Assembly (NCBI GenBank): GCA_963736915.1
Contig: CAVTQV010000005.1
Span: 124,009-188,008 of the forward strand
DNA: 64,000 nt
Direction: 5' to 3'
Origin: an uncultured Acidobacteriaceae bacterium
Lineage (GTDB): Bacteria > Acidobacteriota > Terriglobia > Terriglobales > Acidobacteriaceae
Both the position numbers and the translations under genes were made by a program. Shown here piece by piece: positions 50,270 through 60,244 of the stretch; the first letter of the stretch is position 1, and each line of letters starts with the position of its first letter. The notes beneath the pieces are model-generated. The model saw only the letters and a list, made by a program, of their open reading frames with translations, made no database searches and was not told the DNA's origin.

Positions 50270-50845
50270 ATGGCTGCATTGATTGATGCGATCGATGTGA
50301 AACGGAAGATGACGTTCGAGTACGAGAATGTGCCGTACCTCTGCATGGACTCGGAGATATCCACGCCGACTGCGCGCGGCGGGCAAACGCTGGTGCGACT
50401 GCGGATGCGCAACATGCTGACGCGCGCGGTCTTCGATAAGACATTCAAGGCGGGCGAGAAGTTCAAGGAGCCGGACCTGGAGACGGTGGATGCGTCCTAT
50501 CTGTACAGCGATGGGGATGGATCGTATTTCCTGAACCAGGAGAGCTTTGAGACGCTGGCGCTGACGGACGAGATGGTGAAAGACGCGCTGGACCTGCTGG
50601 TGGAAGGGACGATCGTGAAGATCGATATGTACAACGGCAACCCGATCGGGCTGGAGCTGCCTGCGCAGGTGGAACTGACGGTGGCGTACACGGAGCCGGG
50701 AGTGCGGGGCGACACGGCGAGCGGCAGCGTGACCAAGCCGGCGCGGCTGGAGACGGGCGCGGAGGTGCGGGTTCCCTTCTATATAAAGGAGGGCGAACGG
50801 ATCAAGGTCGCAACTGAGACCAGAGAATTCGCTGGACGGGCGTGA
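50270..50845 (+). CDS. Elongation factor P-like protein (EfpL/YeiP type)
   Basis: EF-P fold motifs (LYSDG, FLN.E.FE, T.PGVRGDTA, KPA.LETG..V.VP); loop PTARGG. Confidence 0.9.
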   Translation: MAALIDAIDVKRKMTFEYENVPYLCMDSEISTPTARGGQTLVRLRMRNMLTRAVFDKTFKAGEKFKEPDLETVDASYLYSDGDGSYFLNQESFETLALTDEMVKDALDLLVEGTIVKIDMYNGNPIGLELPAQVELTVAYTEPGVRGDTASGSVTKPARLETGAEVRVPFYIKEGERIKVATETREFAGRA

Positions 50846-50886
50846 AGCCAGGCGGCGTATGATGCGCGCAGCCTGGAGGTCGTTCT

Positions 50887-51603
50887 GTGTTCGATGAACT
50901 GGAGTCGCGCCGTAGATTTCTTCGGTTGGCCTGTGCCGGTGTTGCCGGTGCTTCACTCGGTGCAAGAGCTTTCGCGCTGGCCGATCAGCCGCCTGGCAAG
51001 GACCAGCGAGATGCAGCCACATCCCTGAAGCTGCTGATGGAGGGCAACGCGCGGTTTGCCGGCGGCCATGCCGAGCATCCGGAGCGGACACCGGCAGACT
51101 TCTTACCGCTGGCCGCTGGACAAAAACCGATTGCGACGATCTTCAGCTGCTCCGATTCGCGCGTGCCGCCGGAGATTTTGTTTGACCGCGGCATTGGCGA
51201 GCTGTTCATCGTACGTGTCGCAGGCAATTATGTGAGCGGCGCGGGCGCGGCGGTGAAGGGCAGCCTGGAATATTCGGTTGCCGAGCTGGGCGTGCCGCTG
51301 ATTCTGGTACTGGGACACAGCAACTGCGGCGCGGTGAAATCGGCAATCGAGCACGTGGAAAAGCATGATTCCCTGCCGGGAGCCATCAACGACCTGGTGA
51401 ACTACATCAAGCCGGCGGTGATCGAGTCCGAGCATGAGCCGGGCGATCGGCTGGCCAATGCGGTGCGCGCGAATGTGCGACGCAGCGTGGAACGGCTGAA
51501 GGGACTGGAACCGCTTTTGGCACCGGCGGTGCGTGCGGGGCGTCTCCGCGTGGTGGGCGGCGTGTACAAGCTGGAGACGGGGAAGGTTGTCCTGCTGAGT
51601 TAA
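50887..51603 (+). CDS. Tat-exported beta-carbonic anhydrase
   Basis: SRRRFL; CSDSRV, RVAGN, LGHSNCGAV. Confidence 0.94.
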   Translation: MFDELESRRRFLRLACAGVAGASLGARAFALADQPPGKDQRDAATSLKLLMEGNARFAGGHAEHPERTPADFLPLAAGQKPIATIFSCSDSRVPPEILFDRGIGELFIVRVAGNYVSGAGAAVKGSLEYSVAELGVPLILVLGHSNCGAVKSAIEHVEKHDSLPGAINDLVNYIKPAVIESEHEPGDRLANAVRANVRRSVERLKGLEPLLAPAVRAGRLRVVGGVYKLETGKVVLLS

Positions 51604-51892
51604 CACCGGCCGGCTTTTGCCTGCATGAAGTGCGCTGATTTCTTCACTGCATTGCGGTGATCTTTCGGTATGATGCGCTAGAGCATTTTCGCTTCTAATC
51701 GCCTCAGTGAAGCAGCACAGCGTGATGGCTTTTCCCGACGGAAAAGCCACCACGAGTTCGATTGTTCTGCATAGACCGGAAGCGAAAATGCTAGTTCCCC
51801 CCGAAAAGCAGAATGTGGAAACGTCCTCTGGAGGACGAGGCAGTTCCCTGTCCACCCAATGCTTTTCGTATCAACAGGAGCAGGAGCGTTGC

Positions 51893-52777
51893 ATGAAGAC
51901 GATGGCGGCCGTGGTTGCGATGTTGCTGAGCATGAGTGTTCCCGGATACGCGGACACGGTGATCCTGACTCAGGGAGCGAGCTATTCCGGACAGTTCACC
52001 GGGAGTGTCGTGAACTTTACCGATCAGCAGGGGATCAAGTACACGTTTCCCCGGGCGGATGTGCAGACGCTGGCGTTCAATGCGTCTGTCGATACGGTGA
52101 CCTTGCGCAACGGCAAGAGCTACGTGGGGCATTTTACCGGGAACAACCCGGTCGGCTTTACAGATAACGAAGGCATTCAGTATCAGTTCCCGGTGCATGA
52201 TATTGAATCGCTGGTGTTCAACGGAGCCGGCAAGGTTGCTGCTGCGCCGGAGCACGCGAAGGTGATTCCGTTCGGCACGGACATTGTGGTGCGGACGGAC
52301 GAGACTATCGATTCCACGAATACGCAGACGGGACAGCTTTATCGCGGAGCAATTACAGAGCGCGTGCTGGATGCGGCAGGCGGCGAGGCGATTCCTGCAG
52401 GGGCAGCGGCGCAACTGCTGATACGGCAAGTGAAGACGGGCGGCGCGACGAGCAGTCCTGAGCTGGTGCTGGATCTCTACTCGGTGAGGATCGGCGGGAA
52501 ACAGTATCGAGTGGTGACCTCGAATGTGGATGAGAGCAGCAGCAGAGGCGTGGGCAAGAACCGGCGGACCGCGGAATTTCTAGGCGGCGGCGCTGCGCTG
52601 GGAGCGCTGATGGGCGGCATTTTCGGCGGCGGCAGAGGCGCGGGAATCGGAGCGCTTTCCGGCGCGGGAGGCGGCGCGCTGACACAGATATTTACGCGCG
52701 GCCGCGTCGTTAAGGTTCCGGCAGAGAGTGTGCTGCGCTTCCGGCTGGAACACCGGTTGATCCTGCAGGCGCAGTAA
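51893..52777 (+). CDS. Secreted hypothetical protein with duplicated N-terminal module and glycine zipper
   Basis: AGGAG RBS; two DTV.L..G.SY.G.FTG repeats; GGGAALGA..GG..GGG.GA. Confidence 0.8.
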   Translation: MKTMAAVVAMLLSMSVPGYADTVILTQGASYSGQFTGSVVNFTDQQGIKYTFPRADVQTLAFNASVDTVTLRNGKSYVGHFTGNNPVGFTDNEGIQYQFPVHDIESLVFNGAGKVAAAPEHAKVIPFGTDIVVRTDETIDSTNTQTGQLYRGAITERVLDAAGGEAIPAGAAAQLLIRQVKTGGATSSPELVLDLYSVRIGGKQYRVVTSNVDESSSRGVGKNRRTAEFLGGGAALGALMGGIFGGGRGAGIGALSGAGGGALTQIFTRGRVVKVPAESVLRFRLEHRLILQAQ

Positions 52778-53015
52778 GCCAGGCGGCGCCGGTGAGCTCA
52801 GACCCGGCCGGGCGGCGCTGAAACCTCGAAACGAAAGAAGTCATGCAGTGCTGAGCTGTGTGTCGCTGCTCGCGAATTGTCCATTTTGGAAAAGTCGTCT
52901 GTTAAGAAATCCGGAAGCTACGGCAACCGGAGTGCTGGATTGCCTCGTCTAGTGATGTGTGTAGAACCTGGTTGGTTGTTTCGAACCTGCGCAGGGTCCA
53001 CACACAACGGAGGCT

Positions 53016-54704
53016 TTGTTGACTGCGCTGCCTTGTCCAACGGACGATCCCGCCGGTCCTCCTTATCGCCGAATCCATAACCTTGTTTCTGCGCATGTAG
53101 TTTGTGCGCTGCTGCTGGCAATGCCGGCACATGCGCAGAGGCCGGCGTCCGACGCTCTGCCGGATGCGCCGGATGCAGCGTCGCTGCGCGCGACGGAATG
53201 GCAGACTGCTCCGTTCTTCTCCTCATCATTCGCTCCGGCTCAGGCTGCTCTAGCGCCGGCTCATGTTGTGCGGCAGGAGACGTCCCCTGAGGTGACGCTG
53301 CGGGATTGCCCATATGACCATACGCATGCACGCATCTGCCGCGTGCATGTGCGCCAGCTTGTCATCTCGTCGGCGATCTTCAATGCATTTCAGAATGCGG
53401 GGAACCTTTATACCGGCTACTGGTACCGGTATGAGACGACACATGGAGCATGGTGGAACCGTTATGTGAATTCCGTCGAAGGCTGGCGCTGGGATATCTG
53501 GGCGGATAACAACCCGTTTCTGGATGACTATGTCGGGCATCCGATGATGGGATCGATCACGAACTATCTGTGGATCCAGAACGATCCTAAGTCGATGACG
53601 CTGGAGCAGTCGAATAGCTGGCCCTATTGGCGGAGGATGCTGCGCGCACTGAGCTTTTCGACCTTCTACAGCTTCGAGTGGAAGCTGGGCCCATTCGGCG
53701 AGGCGGCGATTGGCCACAATGGCGATCACTATTTCTCTGACGAGAAGGGACGCGTCACAACCAACGAGACGGGGTGGGTGGAGTTGGTGACGACACCCGC
53801 CGGAGGCTTCGGCTGGACGCTTGCGGAAGACGCGCTGGACAAGCATGTTGTCCGGCGACTGGAGGCGAAGAGCAGAAATCCCTTTGCACTGACCGCGGAC
53901 CAGTTCCTTACGCCATCGCGCGGCACGGCGAATATCCTTCGCTTCCGGCCGCCGTGGTATCGCGACTCGCGCACGGTGAAGGCGAAGAGTTTCTTCAGCC
54001 AGCCGCCGGGACCGGAGGATGAGGAGCTGTCCTCTGAAACGGCGACGACTGCGGCAGCAGAGCGCGATGCGCCAGAGACGCCGGGCGGAGGCGAGGCAGC
54101 AGGTGGACCGGCTTCGGATATTGTGCGGCCGCTGAGCTATCTGCCGGTATATCCGCGGCCGGGCGGTGTGCATGAATTCGGCGCGTGGTGGGGATTGTCG
54201 TTGATGAGCGGGCACATCTGGGGCTACGCGAAAGATGTGAAGTATATGCCGATCGATGTGCGGTACTCGTATGAGTTCGAGCACTGGGACCACTGGACGA
54301 TGCGGTATTCGCCGGAGGTGACGGCGCTTGCCATGCTGGACGAGCCGGTGGCGAACCAGACCGACCCAGAGCTGCAGCGCAAGCGGACCTATGGCAGCGG
54401 GGTGAGCCCGGTGGGCTTTCAGTCAGATTTCTTTCCGTCAAAGCGAGTGCAGCCGTTCCTAAGCACGGACGGAGGCTTTATCTACTTTATGGACCACGTG
54501 CTGTCGCCGGAGGGATCGCGATATATGTATACGGTGGATTTTGGGACGGGCGTGAACATCTTCCGCAAGGAGCGCCAGGCGGTCTCGATCGGCTACCGCT
54601 ACCAGCATCTGTCGAATGCGAATATCAGCCGGCACAATCCGGGCATGGATGCGAATACGTTCTATGTGTCGGTATCGCGCTTCCGGACGAAGGGATACCG
54701 GTGA
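53016..54704 (+). CDS. Outer-membrane protein with C-terminal PagL/acyloxyacyl hydrolase-like barrel
   Basis: N-terminal D.NPFLDDYVGHPMMG; C-terminal GYRYQHLSNA…NPG; start uncertain. Confidence 0.75.
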   Translation: MLTALPCPTDDPAGPPYRRIHNLVSAHVVCALLLAMPAHAQRPASDALPDAPDAASLRATEWQTAPFFSSSFAPAQAALAPAHVVRQETSPEVTLRDCPYDHTHARICRVHVRQLVISSAIFNAFQNAGNLYTGYWYRYETTHGAWWNRYVNSVEGWRWDIWADNNPFLDDYVGHPMMGSITNYLWIQNDPKSMTLEQSNSWPYWRRMLRALSFSTFYSFEWKLGPFGEAAIGHNGDHYFSDEKGRVTTNETGWVELVTTPAGGFGWTLAEDALDKHVVRRLEAKSRNPFALTADQFLTPSRGTANILRFRPPWYRDSRTVKAKSFFSQPPGPEDEELSSETATTAAAERDAPETPGGGEAAGGPASDIVRPLSYLPVYPRPGGVHEFGAWWGLSLMSGHIWGYAKDVKYMPIDVRYSYEFEHWDHWTMRYSPEVTALAMLDEPVANQTDPELQRKRTYGSGVSPVGFQSDFFPSKRVQPFLSTDGGFIYFMDHVLSPEGSRYMYTVDFGTGVNIFRKERQAVSIGYRYQHLSNANISRHNPGMDANTFYVSVSRFRTKGYR

Positions 54705-54708
54705 GGCA

Positions 54709-55284
54709 CTACGAGGGATGCCACGTCATATCGACGCGCACCGGGATTTCGTTTTTGATGGGCACGGTCAGGAACGTGGGCGGCTGGATTTTGAAATCGC
54801 TGAGAGTGGAAGGCACAACGCCGGTGATGTGGTGGGTGGTGCCGGAGATGGATTGCTGAAACACGACATGGGCGTAATGCGCGACATTGCCGGCGAATTG
54901 CACCTCAAGATCGCAGTCCAGCGTGGGCTGGCTGAGAGCGGATTGCGGCACGCGGAAGCGCACGGTGACGATGGGATATTCAGCGCCGCGGGTGACCTGG
55001 AGCATGTGAAGGTCGCGATTGGAATCGCCTGAATCAAAGGACTTGACGGGCGCAGCAACGAGAAAGTCGCACTGGCCCGCATGGCAGACGCCTTTGCCGC
55101 GCGCGGCGTGACTGACACCGTCGACTTCGTGAATCGGATGCGACATGTGATAGCTGAGGGTGGACTGATCGAGTGTCCATGATTGGTCGGGACGGGACTG
55201 GTCGGGCGGGGCTACGGTCTGCGCATTGGAATGTGCGATGGCCGGGAGCATGCAAAGGAGCGCGAGAAAGAATGTGCGTTGCAT
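54709..55284 (-). CDS. YceI family protein
   Basis: Signal peptide; H..H.V.G, FDSG..NRD.HM, LSDFKI.PP. Confidence 0.85.
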   Translation of the reverse strand: MQRTFFLALLCMLPAIAHSNAQTVAPPDQSRPDQSWTLDQSTLSYHMSHPIHEVDGVSHAARGKGVCHAGQCDFLVAAPVKSFDSGDSNRDLHMLQVTRGAEYPIVTVRFRVPQSALSQPTLDCDLEVQFAGNVAHYAHVVFQQSISGTTHHITGVVPSTLSDFKIQPPTFLTVPIKNEIPVRVDMTWHPS

Positions 55285-55290
55285 GGCTGC

Positions 55291-56097
55291 TCAGAGTTTG
55301 AAAGAGCCGAAATGAATGGGCCAGGAGACGGCGACGATGGCGGCTCCGTAGGCCGCGACCGTTGTCCACGCAACGGCGGTGTGGGCCGAAGCGATGCCAT
55401 GAACCTTTTCATTGTTGTTGGCCTGATCGAATGCCATAGCGCCGAGGATGGGCGTGAGCACCATGCCGGGGGCGTGCACGTAAATCAGATATTTGTGCCA
55501 CTTGATGCCGCCGCGCGCGGGCGCGTCGGAGATTTTGGGCGCGCGAATGGCATACGAGGCCGTGATGGCGTACATGGTGACCGAAGTTGCGCCGAGCGCG
55601 ACATGTATATCGCGTCCGACCGTATTGCCGCTGCCTTTGCGGGGATCGGGAGGAGCGGCCGCGGAGCTGATGCAAGCTCCGGCGAGTGGAACCAGCGTTA
55701 AGAGGCCGAGGCGCTGGTGAATCCGCAACATCCGGGTGTGCCGATCGAGGCGGGCCTGTAGATCCGGATCAGGTTTTGTCTGGCTGGGCGCGAGGCCGAG
55801 ATCCCCGAGTGAAGGCGGAGCCGGAGCTTGCGGAGTCTGGCCGTCAGGCTTGGGGAGCGTCTGCCTGGACTGCTGCTGCTGTGGCGGACCGGGAACAGCG
55901 GCTTGCGTGGAGGAATCCGACGAGGAGGAAGACGACACCTGCGGCACCGGTGCTTCGGGCAGTGAGGCGAGGCTCAGCGTGGATTGGGATTGCAGGCTCT
56001 GGGCCGGGAGTGCGCTGGTCAGGCTAAAAAAAGCCAGCATGCCGACTGCGACAGGTAGTGGACATGATAGCCGTGCCTGCGGCGGTCTGGACGACAT
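55291..56097 (-). CDS. Hypothetical membrane protein
   Basis: Signal peptide, LPEAP linker, 4 TM with His residues. Confidence 0.75.
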   Translation of the reverse strand: MSSRPPQARLSCPLPVAVGMLAFFSLTSALPAQSLQSQSTLSLASLPEAPVPQVSSSSSSDSSTQAAVPGPPQQQQSRQTLPKPDGQTPQAPAPPSLGDLGLAPSQTKPDPDLQARLDRHTRMLRIHQRLGLLTLVPLAGACISSAAAPPDPRKGSGNTVGRDIHVALGATSVTMYAITASYAIRAPKISDAPARGGIKWHKYLIYVHAPGMVLTPILGAMAFDQANNNEKVHGIASAHTAVAWTTVAAYGAAIVAVSWPIHFGSFKL

Positions 56098-56270
56098 TGC
56101 GCCCTCCTTAGCCTCGGCAAAGCACTACTTGCCTGGCCGCGAACATCTACATCGTACGGCGGGCTGCCTTAAGGCGAGATGAAGGGGCGCCGCCATGGAT
56201 TCTGCGGTTCACGTCAAGCGCGGGCGTGGCTCGAATGAGACTGCATCTCATTACGGAGAAGGAGAGCGCT

Positions 56271-56450
56271 ATGAGCACCAAGGACGAGCAGAACAAAAAG
56301 AGAACGACAGTGACAACTCCGGCAGAGAAGCAGCGCCAGGAGGAGACGGGGCGTGAAGATCCGGCGGACCCAGATGAGGTAGGCAGCGCGAAAGAGACCA
56401 CGACGGTGCGCGGACGGAATGAGCCGCAGTCGGTGCGGCGCTCCGCTTGA
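56271..56450 (+). CDS. Small hydrophilic protein
   Basis: Strong RBS GGAGAAGGAG, 59 aa, highly charged. Confidence 0.6.
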   Translation: MSTKDEQNKKRTTVTTPAEKQRQEETGREDPADPDEVGSAKETTTVRGRNEPQSVRRSA

Positions 56451-56467
56451 TGTGCGTTCGCAGGAAA

Positions 56468-56513
56468 AGCAGATCTCTCCACTACGCGCCTGCGGCGCTT
56501 CGGTCGAGATGAC
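56468..56513. repeat. REP-like repeat (…GGTCGAGATGAC)
   Basis: AGCAGATCTCTCCACTACGCGCCTGCGGCGCTTCGGTCGAGATGAC between convergent genes. Confidence 0.72.
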
Positions 56514-56618
56514 CGAGTGTACGCATGCGGTACTTCGGTCGAGACGACGAAGTCTCCTGGATGATCCGCAAAAGCTGAGTGCGCCTGGAGCCGAGTGGCT
56601 CCAGGCGCGCACGGTATT

Positions 56619-57830
56619 TCAGGCAGCTTTGCTTGCCATGCCGGGTTCTAGTTTTACCTTGAGCCAGCCGCTTTCGTGCCGGTCGAAGTGATGATAGGCA
56701 TCGATGGCAGACGCTACGGGGACGCGCTGGGTAAAGAACTCCTCCGGGTGCATGACGCCGGAGCGAACCAGCTCGACGAGGCGGGGAAGGTATCTGCGGT
56801 GATTGCAATTGCCGGTGCGCACCGTGAGATTTTTGTTCATCATCTCGCCGACGGGGAATGACTGGAGTTGCGGCGGATAGACGCCGATGATGGAAAGCGT
56901 GCCGGCCTTGGCAATGGAAGTCACGGCCCACTCCAAAGCCTGGGTGGGTGCGCCGCCGATCCACCAGCTCCGCTTCGCTTTGCTGACATCGGGATCGACG
57001 GTCTTCATCTGTTGCTCGAACTGCTGCTTGTGTTTCCCGTCGGGATGGGCGGTGGTGGCGTCGATGCCTACCGCGTCGATGACGCGATCCGGGCCGGAGC
57101 CGAGGGTGAGCTCGCGCAGAATTTCGACGGGATCTTCCCTGCTGAAGTCGATGGCTTCGGCGCCGTGGCTACGTGCCTGATCGAGACGTGACGCAACCTG
57201 ATCGACAGCGAAGATGCGGCCTGCGCCGAGATGCTGCGCGCAGGCGATGGCCATCATGCCGACGGGACCACAGCCGAAGACTGCGACTGTGTCACCGGGA
57301 TGGATGTTGGCCATTTCGGCCGCCTGGTAGGAGGTGGGCAGGATGTCACTCATCATGATGGCCTGATCGTCGGTGATCTCTTCGGGAAGCTTGATGAGGT
57401 TTGTTGCGGCATAGGGAACGCGCGCGTACTCCGCCTGCAGGCCGTCGAGGCCGCCTGCGTTCTCCGGCCCACCAAAGAAGACGGTGCCGCCGAGTTTGCC
57501 TGCGGGATTGATGCGATCGCACTGCGCGTAGAAGCCGGCGCGGCAGTAATTGCAGCTTCCACAGCCGACGGTAGAGGGGATGATGACGCGATCCCCTTTG
57601 CGGAAATTGCGCACCGCGGAGCCGGTCTCTTCGACGATGCCGACTGCCTCGTGACCGATGATGCGCCCCGGTTTCATGCCGCTGACGGTGCCGCGGATGA
57701 AGTGAAGATCGGTGCCGCAGATGGCGGATGATGTGATGCGCACGATGGCATCGTTTGCATCCTTGATTTTTGGCTCGGGAACATCGGCAAGCCGGACGTC
57801 CCCCACGGCTTGAAACACGACAGCTTTCAT
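56619..57830 (-). CDS. Zn-dependent alcohol/formaldehyde dehydrogenase-like
   Basis: AICGTDLH, GHEAVG, CGSCNYC…C, SDILPT, VFGCGPVG. Confidence 0.94.
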   Translation of the reverse strand: MKAVVFQAVGDVRLADVPEPKIKDANDAIVRITSSAICGTDLHFIRGTVSGMKPGRIIGHEAVGIVEETGSAVRNFRKGDRVIIPSTVGCGSCNYCRAGFYAQCDRINPAGKLGGTVFFGGPENAGGLDGLQAEYARVPYAATNLIKLPEEITDDQAIMMSDILPTSYQAAEMANIHPGDTVAVFGCGPVGMMAIACAQHLGAGRIFAVDQVASRLDQARSHGAEAIDFSREDPVEILRELTLGSGPDRVIDAVGIDATTAHPDGKHKQQFEQQMKTVDPDVSKAKRSWWIGGAPTQALEWAVTSIAKAGTLSIIGVYPPQLQSFPVGEMMNKNLTVRTGNCNHRRYLPRLVELVRSGVMHPEEFFTQRVPVASAIDAYHHFDRHESGWLKVKLEPGMASKAA

Positions 57831-57945
57831 GCGAACCTCCTTCTGGTTCGGATGCCGGGTTCAGGGGAGACGGTTCCGTGTGGATTTGATTTTGCCGAGC
57901 CTGATCGTGTTCATCAACAAACCGCAGTGCGGGTATCATGCCTGC

Positions 57946-58447
57946 ATGAAAGCGAGCCGCGCTACGACTTCCAGAACAAAATCCGCTTCTGCCGGGAAGA
58001 GGCAACCCGTCCAGCCGGAACAAGCGATTGCGGAGGCGGAGCGTAAATCGACGAGCGACCGCTTCGGACGTTTTGCTGCCGCGGCATCCGGCTGGCTGGG
58101 ATCAAAGTGGGCGTTCTCCGGAGCGATTCTGATCATCGCGCGTGTGGGCGGCGGCCGGGCCGGCATTTCACTACTCGAACAGCTGGCAACTGGTGATCAA
58201 TACTGGCACGACGATTGTTACATTCATGATGGTGTTCCTGATCCAGAACACGCAGAACCGGGACGCGCGCGCGATCAATCTGAAGCTGAACGAGCTGATA
58301 CGGGCACTGGACAAGGCGCGGGACCAGATGATTGATATCGAGAACCTGAGCGATCTGGAATTGGACAAGTTGCAGGCGCGGTACGAGGCGATCCGCGCGG
58401 CCTGCATCGAGCGCGAGAAGCGCAAGTCGTCCGCAGGCTCGAATTGA
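57946..58447 (+). CDS. Low-affinity iron permease family (frameshift ~58140)
   Basis: F.RFA…WLGS.WAF then WQLVINTGTTIVTF.MVFLIQNTQNRD..AI.LKL.ELI. Confidence 0.88.
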
Positions 58448-58792
58448 TGCTGAGATGTATGGAGGCCGGAAAGTAAGCCCGTATGGGATTGGGCGAATTG
58501 ACAATATATTGCCTCTGTTTCTAATTGGACCGAGCAAGTCAGTCTAAGTACCAGACTTGGGTACTCTCGAAACGAATCGAATTCATAGATTTGTAGACTG
58601 GCATTTGCTTTTGAGATAGGTCTAATCAAGTTAGTCGAGGACGCGCTGCGGCACAGCCGAATCTGATGGACTTTTTCGACTTCACGAACGCACCGTGGGC
58701 CACGCCGCCGATTCCGCCCACGCCGGCGTCAAACGCATCACTTGACTACAACGCATGCCTGCCGACGAATATGGAGCCTTCGTGAGGGTGCG

Positions 58793-59974
58793 GTGAGCAT
58801 CTCCAAAGCCGCCGAGGCCGTGATTGTTTGCGCCTGCGCGCTGAGCTTTGCGCTGATGGCGCTCGCGATCTGCATGTTGCTCATCACGGGCAATGGACTA
58901 GTGCATCACGATGCGATGTCGTTCTGGACCGCGGGACAGCTATTCGCACATGGGAAAAATCCCTACGATGCCGCAGAGACCCTCCGCATGCAGCGGGCTG
59001 CGGGGCTCGATAGCTCCTATGCTCCGCTGATCCTGCGCAACCTTCCCTTCGCGCTGCCGCTGGTGCTGCCGCTGGGATATTTATCTCAGCGTTGGGGGAC
59101 GCTGGCATGGTCTGCGCTTCTGCTCGTCGCGTTCGTTCTTTCCGTGCGGCTGCTGTGGGACGTCTTCGGACGGCCGAAAGGACTGCTGCGCTGGCTGCCA
59201 TACGGCTTTGCGCCGGCATTGATCTGCATTCTCGTGGGGCAGAGTGCGATTCTGCCGCTGCTCGGCGTTGCGCTCTTCTTTCGCTACCACCGCACGCACC
59301 CGTTTGCTGCCGGAGCGGCGCTGTGGCTCTGCATGCTGAAGCCGCATCTATTGCTGCCGTTTGCCGCGGTCCTGCTGCTATGGACGGTACGGGAACGGCG
59401 CTTCGGCATCCTTGCCGGCGCGGCCGTGGCATTGGCAGCCAGCATCGGCATTGCATGGGTGTTGGACCCGCACGCGTGGTCGCAGTACGCGACGATGGCC
59501 GGCGGCTCCAAAGTGGAGCAAGAGTACATCCCCTGCATCAGCGTGGCGCTTCGCCTGTGGCTGCGGCCAGAGGCGCTATGGCTGCAATGGCTGCCGTGTG
59601 CGCTCGGCAGCATATTCGCGGTCGTTTACTACTGGCGGCGACGCGCTGCCTGGGATTGGACTTCGGGCGGAGGCTTGCTCCTGCTCGTGTCCGTGCTTGT
59701 GGCGCCGTACGCATGGGTGAGCGATACCGCGCTTGCGCTTCCTGCTCTCATGTACTCGGCCACCAAATACCCCTCACGCGTGATGCTGATGGTTCTTGCC
59801 GTGCTGATGGCACTTATGGAAGCCGAGGCCCTGCGAGGGACACCGTGGCATTCGCCACTCTACCTATGGCCTGCACCCGCATGGCTGCTTTGGTATCTCG
59901 GCAATCACGCTCTTGGATCCGCGGCTGCTGGTCGCCGCGCAGATCAGGAGCACGCGACGATGCCGATGGCCTAG
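58793..59974 (+). CDS. GT87/DUF2029 family membrane glycosyltransferase
   Basis: D..SFW.AG…G.NPYD, GQS, LKPHL, PYAW..D; polytopic. Confidence 0.82.
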   Translation: MSISKAAEAVIVCACALSFALMALAICMLLITGNGLVHHDAMSFWTAGQLFAHGKNPYDAAETLRMQRAAGLDSSYAPLILRNLPFALPLVLPLGYLSQRWGTLAWSALLLVAFVLSVRLLWDVFGRPKGLLRWLPYGFAPALICILVGQSAILPLLGVALFFRYHRTHPFAAGAALWLCMLKPHLLLPFAAVLLLWTVRERRFGILAGAAVALAASIGIAWVLDPHAWSQYATMAGGSKVEQEYIPCISVALRLWLRPEALWLQWLPCALGSIFAVVYYWRRRAAWDWTSGGGLLLLVSVLVAPYAWVSDTALALPALMYSATKYPSRVMLMVLAVLMALMEAEALRGTPWHSPLYLWPAPAWLLWYLGNHALGSAAAGRRADQEHATMPMA

Positions 59975-59999
59975 AGCAGTTGTGCGGTTGAGGGGGTTG

Positions 60000-60076
60000 T
60001 GGTGCGCCCGGAGAGATTCGAACTCCCGGCCTATTGCTCCGGAGGCAATCGCTCTATCCAGCTGAGCTACGGGCGC
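60000..60076 (-). tRNA. tRNA-Arg(CCG)
   Basis: Reverse complement GCGCCCGTAGCTCAGCTGGATAGAGC…ATTGC-CTCCGGA-GCAAT…GTTCGAATC…CCA. Confidence 0.97.
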
Positions 60077-60244
60077 ACTTCTGTGATTTTACATGAGGGC
60101 TGTTGCGGTCCAGCCGAGAACTCCGACTGCCCTTGATTTGACCGGTTACCGTTGATTTCCTCTGGTTCCGGCGAAACGGCATAGACTTGGCGCGCCCAGG
60201 AAGCAGGATCGAATCCTGGCTGCATCGCGAAAGGAAAGACAAAC

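Noticed and set aside
51722-51753. Hairpin TGGCTTTTCC-CGAC-GGAAAAGCCA as a third copy of the dispersed element
   Set aside because: It shares AAAAGCCACC but the arms are in the opposite order and no other modules are present.
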